From positions 1-16,350 of the forward strand of contig JAUIHN010000013.1 in the NCBI GenBank assembly GCA_030432305.1: a stretch of DNA of 16,350 nt, in the 5' to 3' direction. A program made the position numbers and the translations under genes. Source of the DNA: a bacterium (lineage in GTDB: Bacteria; Patescibacteriota; Saccharimonadia; Saccharimonadales; Saccharimonadaceae). This document shows, one piece after another, positions 13,769 through 16,350 of the stretch. Under the pieces are notes generated by a model. It did not search any database. It worked only from the letters and a program-made list of their open reading frames with translations, and had not been told where the DNA came from. Positions within the stretch are counted from its first letter, which is position 1; the number at the start of each line of letters is the position of its first letter.

Positions 13769-14833
13769 ATGCCGACAATCGATTTAGACAAAAACTCTCT
13801 TGAAGCCGAGAAGCAGTCTCTCAGCGAATTTTTGGCGTCCCCAAATGCTTACGCCGACCCGGAGTTTGGCGGCAAAAACAAGCGCTTCACCGAGCTCGAA
13901 ACACTGATTTCGATGGAGAATCGCCGCCAGCAACTACAGCAAAACATCACCGAAGCTCGTGAACTAGCCGGTGGTAGCGACGAGCTAGCAGAGCTTGCTA
14001 AAGAAGATTTGGCTGCGAACGAGGCCGAGCTTGAGCAGCTCGAAAACGACCTTTTCATCATGCTCGCACCCAAAGACCCGAACGACGAGAAAAACATCAT
14101 TATCGAAATCCGCGCCGGCGCCGGCGGCGACGAAGCCAGCTTATTCGCGGCCGAACTCTACCGCATGTATCTGCGCTACTGCGAAGCCAATAGTCTCAAA
14201 ACCGAACTTGTATCAGAAAGCCCAAATGATACCGGTGGGTATAAAGAAGTGATTTTTGGTGTCAAGGGGGATGCACCGTACGCCCGGCTGAAGTTTGAGT
14301 CCGGTGTACACCGCGTTCAGCGCATCCCGGCCACCGAATCGCAGGGGCGTATCCACACCAGCACCGTAACTGTCGCTGTACTGCCTGAGGCCGAAGAAGC
14401 CGATATCGAAATCAATCCGAGCGACCTCAGGATCGATATCTTCCGCGCCAGCGGCCACGGCGGCCAAAGCGTCAACACCACCGACTCGGCCGTGCGCATC
14501 ACTCACCTCCCTACCGGGCTTGTCGTCACCAATCAAGACGAGAAATCGCAAATCAAGAACAAAGATAAAGCCATGGGCGTGCTCCGTGCCCGACTTCTAC
14601 AGGCCAAGATTGATGAAGAAAATGCCAAGTTAACCGCCGAACGCCGCTCGCTCATCGGCTCGGGTGACCGAAGCGAAAAAATCCGCACTTACAACTTCCC
14701 GCAAGACCGCATCACCGACCACCGCATTGGCTATTCTAGAAGCGGCATCCCACTCGCCATGAATGGCGCTATCGACGACCTAATTGAGCGCCTACAGGCT
14801 TACGAACGCGAGCTTAAAGCCCAAAACGCATAA
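13769..14833 (+). CDS. prfA: Peptide chain release factor 1
   Basis: 354-aa ORF with the RF1-specific PAT tripeptide ([10 protein letters not shown]) and the GGQ motif ([23 protein letters not shown]). Confidence 0.93.
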   Translation: MPTIDLDKNSLEAEKQSLSEFLASPNAYADPEFGGKNKRFTELETLISMENRRQQLQQNITEARELAGGSDELAELAKEDLAANEAELEQLENDLFIMLAPKDPNDEKNIIIEIRAGAGGDEASLFAAELYRMYLRYCEANSLKTELVSESPNDTGGYKEVIFGVKGDAPYARLKFESGVHRVQRIPATESQGRIHTSTVTVAVLPEAEEADIEINPSDLRIDIFRASGHGGQSVNTTDSAVRITHLPTGLVVTNQDEKSQIKNKDKAMGVLRARLLQAKIDEENAKLTAERRSLIGSGDRSEKIRTYNFPQDRITDHRIGYSRSGIPLAMNGAIDDLIERLQAYERELKAQNA

Positions 14834-14851
14834 AAATCTATTCTAAGAGAG

Positions 14852-14879
14852 AAATAACAGATGAAAAGAAGAGTTATTT
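14852..14879. terminator. Weak AT-rich hairpin between the convergent prfA and 14885-15385 ORFs
   Basis: AAATAAC (14852-14858), 14-nt loop, GTTATTT (14873-14879). This is the only structure in the 51-nt gap. Confidence 0.25.
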
Positions 14880-14884
14880 GTTGC

Positions 14885-15385
14885 TTAGAAGTTGGGCAAG
14901 TCTTCGTACTCTCTATGGGCGTCCTGAGCCTCTTTTGCGTATCTTTCCGCCCTTGCAACTGCTTCTCTCACTTTCCCGCGATGCCACTCGGCTTCATTTG
15001 CGGCTGACACGTGCGGGCTCTCTGCTATATAGCCGGAAATACCAATATTGTGTTGAGCTTCCAGAGCTTTTTCCTTATGAGATAAGACTTCCTCCATAGC
15101 GCCCTTTGAGGCATACGCCATCGCCTCAGCTTCGCCAAAGTCTGACACTGATTCTGGGTATAGTTCCGCATACCACTCTGCCTGGTCTTCGAACTCAAAC
15201 ATTTCCATTATAGCGTCCAGCTCATTATCGTCACCTGACCCGGGTTCGACAGTACGCCTAAGCACAAAAGAGGCCAATCTCCTGAAATGGTTTTTCGTTT
15301 GTTGTCTCTCAAAGCAATCTTCACCACCCGCTGGATCACCAAGTGCCTGTGGCTGGAATTCCGAGCTATCACTAGTCTTTACCAT
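14885..15385 (-). CDS. Hypothetical strongly acidic protein (166 aa)
   Basis: Uninterrupted ORF with its own promoter. By hand count it has 35 Asp+Glu and 17 Lys+Arg. Eight of 10 Arg codons are AGA/AGG, compared with about 2 of 26 in prfA. It has no hydrophobic segment and I recognise no family. Confidence 0.65.
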   Translation of the reverse strand: MVKTSDSSEFQPQALGDPAGGEDCFERQQTKNHFRRLASFVLRRTVEPGSGDDNELDAIMEMFEFEDQAEWYAELYPESVSDFGEAEAMAYASKGAMEEVLSHKEKALEAQHNIGISGYIAESPHVSAANEAEWHRGKVREAVARAERYAKEAQDAHREYEDLPNF

Positions 15386-15393
15386 AGTGTGAC

Positions 15394-15421
15394 AATATCA
15401 GTAGGTACTATAGCCTGTCAA
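15394..15421 (-). promoter_or_regulatory. Promoter of the acidic ORF (leaderless geometry)
   Basis: Minus strand: TTGACA (15421..15416), 16 nt, GATATT (15399..15394), 8 nt (gtcacact), ATG (15385..15383), with no SD. Confidence 0.5.
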
Positions 15422-15491
15422 TAAGTGTCGAGTTCCACGTTGATGAGGCATAAGCCTGAGATGCTACTCATTTTTAAGTAATGTCATTCCG

Positions 15492-15500
15492 TGGTATTAT
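15492..15500 (+). promoter_or_regulatory. Candidate extended -10 (TGgTATTAT) upstream of ATG 15511
   Basis: The sequence reads cgTGgTATTATatacaatggtATG, with 10 nt to ATG 15511. This element lies inside the longer ORF that starts at 15481. Confidence 0.35.
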
Positions 15501-15510
15501 ATACAATGGT

Positions 15511-16350
15511 ATGAATAATACGTCAAATATTGAGAATTGGCTCACTGCCGCTTCGCAGCAGCTCGTAAGAGCCGGTATCGCCTCAGCGCGACTTGACGCT
15601 GAACTTATACTGACACACACTCTCAGGAAAAGCCGCACGTACCTGCACGCGCACGGCGACGAGAAGATTGATTCGCGCTACTTTGACATTCTCGACACTC
15701 GCCTCGCACTCAGGCTTGACCGTGTGCCCATAGCCTACATCATTGGCCATAAGGAATTTTACGGTCGTTCGTTTAAGGTAACGCCCGCCACGCTCATACC
15801 GCGGCCAGAATCCGAAACTATAATTGACCTTTTAAAAGAAAGGGTGAACCAGCCGGAGCTACCGCTAAGCAACCAAGTCCCAAAACTTGTCGATGTCGGC
15901 ACTGGCAGCGGCTGCCTCGGTATCACCGCCAAGCTCGAGCTGCCAGAGCTTGAGGTAACGCTCACCGACACCAGTCGTCACGCCCTTTCGGTAGCCGAAG
16001 AAAACGCTCGAAGCCTTCAGGCAGATGTATCGACACTGAAGAGCGATCTACTACAAGGTTATCCGTTCACAGCTGATTTTGCGCTCGCCAATCTCCCCTA
16101 CGTCAGCCAAGACTGGGAGGTGTCACCGGAGACACGACACGAACCGAAGGAAGCACTCTTCGCCGGAAATGACGGTCTCGCCCTTATCTACCAGCTCCTC
16201 GAAGAAGCACCAAGCAGGCTCAATCCCAAGGGTACGCTATTCATCGAGGCAGATCCTCGCCAACATGCTGCCATTACCACCAAAGCAAAAAGCCACGACT
16301 TTAACCTAGTGGCAAATCGCGACTTCGTGCTGGTGTTTAAGCTTACGTAG
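15511..16350 (+). CDS. prmC: Release factor glutamine N5-methyltransferase PrmC/HemK
   Basis: ARLDAELILTHTL, IAYIIGHKEFYG, TLIPRPESE and the SAM motif VDVGTGSGC match PrmC. The catalytic tetrapeptide reads NLPY (16090-16101). Start 15511 (MNNTSNIENWL) is preferred over 15481 by comparison with the E. coli N-terminus (MEYQHWL) and by promoter placement. The alternative start at 15481 is not excluded. Confidence 0.88.
   Translation: MNNTSNIENWLTAASQQLVRAGIASARLDAELILTHTLRKSRTYLHAHGDEKIDSRYFDILDTRLALRLDRVPIAYIIGHKEFYGRSFKVTPATLIPRPESETIIDLLKERVNQPELPLSNQVPKLVDVGTGSGCLGITAKLELPELEVTLTDTSRHALSVAEENARSLQADVSTLKSDLLQGYPFTADFALANLPYVSQDWEVSPETRHEPKEALFAGNDGLALIYQLLEEAPSRLNPKGTLFIEADPRQHAAITTKAKSHDFNLVANRDFVLVFKLT

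Noticed and set aside
1-16350. Search for tRNA, rRNA, CRISPR repeats, IS elements or integrase, toxin-antitoxin pairs, and known defence genes
   Set aside because: I saw no T-loop or cloverleaf candidates, no regularly spaced direct repeats, no transposase or integrase-like ORFs, and no recognisable defence or toxin domains by eye. A proper scan with tRNAscan-SE, Infernal and PADLOC or DefenseFinder would be needed to confirm this.

Overview
This is a compact, gene-dense bacterial chromosome segment dominated by translation and housekeeping genes. On the minus strand are a serS 5' fragment, then the run rpsB-tsf-frr-uppS-rseP-CPBP protease, then proS, greA, lysS and a DUF2207-type membrane protein. 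An MBL-fold hydrolase also lies on the minus strand. On the plus strand are rpmE, two small membrane ORFs, prfA, an antisense acidic ORF (minus strand) and prmC. I found no rRNA, tRNA, CRISPR array, transposase or integrase, and no recognisable defence gene. The ProRS lacks the INS editing domain, pyrH and cdsA are missing from the rpsB cluster, EF-Ts is short, and genes are tightly coupled. These features suggest a reduced genome, possibly CPR/Patescibacteria-like, but that is inference only. Unrecognisable content sits in four small islands: 156-1085, 11202-11714, 12932-13764 and 14885-15385. These interrupt otherwise conserved gene order, have their own promoters, and use Arg codons differently from prfA. 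The observations most worth follow-up are: (1) the first ~17-25 codons of prfA are duplicated at the start of the membrane ORF just upstream; (2) -10 boxes sit 6-10 nt from the ATG of unit-first genes with no Shine-Dalgarno (SD), implying leaderless mRNAs, while internal genes keep strong SD sites; (3) an own-promoter, strongly acidic ORF lies antisense between prfA and prmC; (4) a hypothetical protein is built from repeated short modules; (5) a small gene is insulated by a promoter, a perfect 14-bp palindrome and a 14-bp GC-rich hairpin. I cannot assign a function to any island or show that they form one system. They are candidates only.
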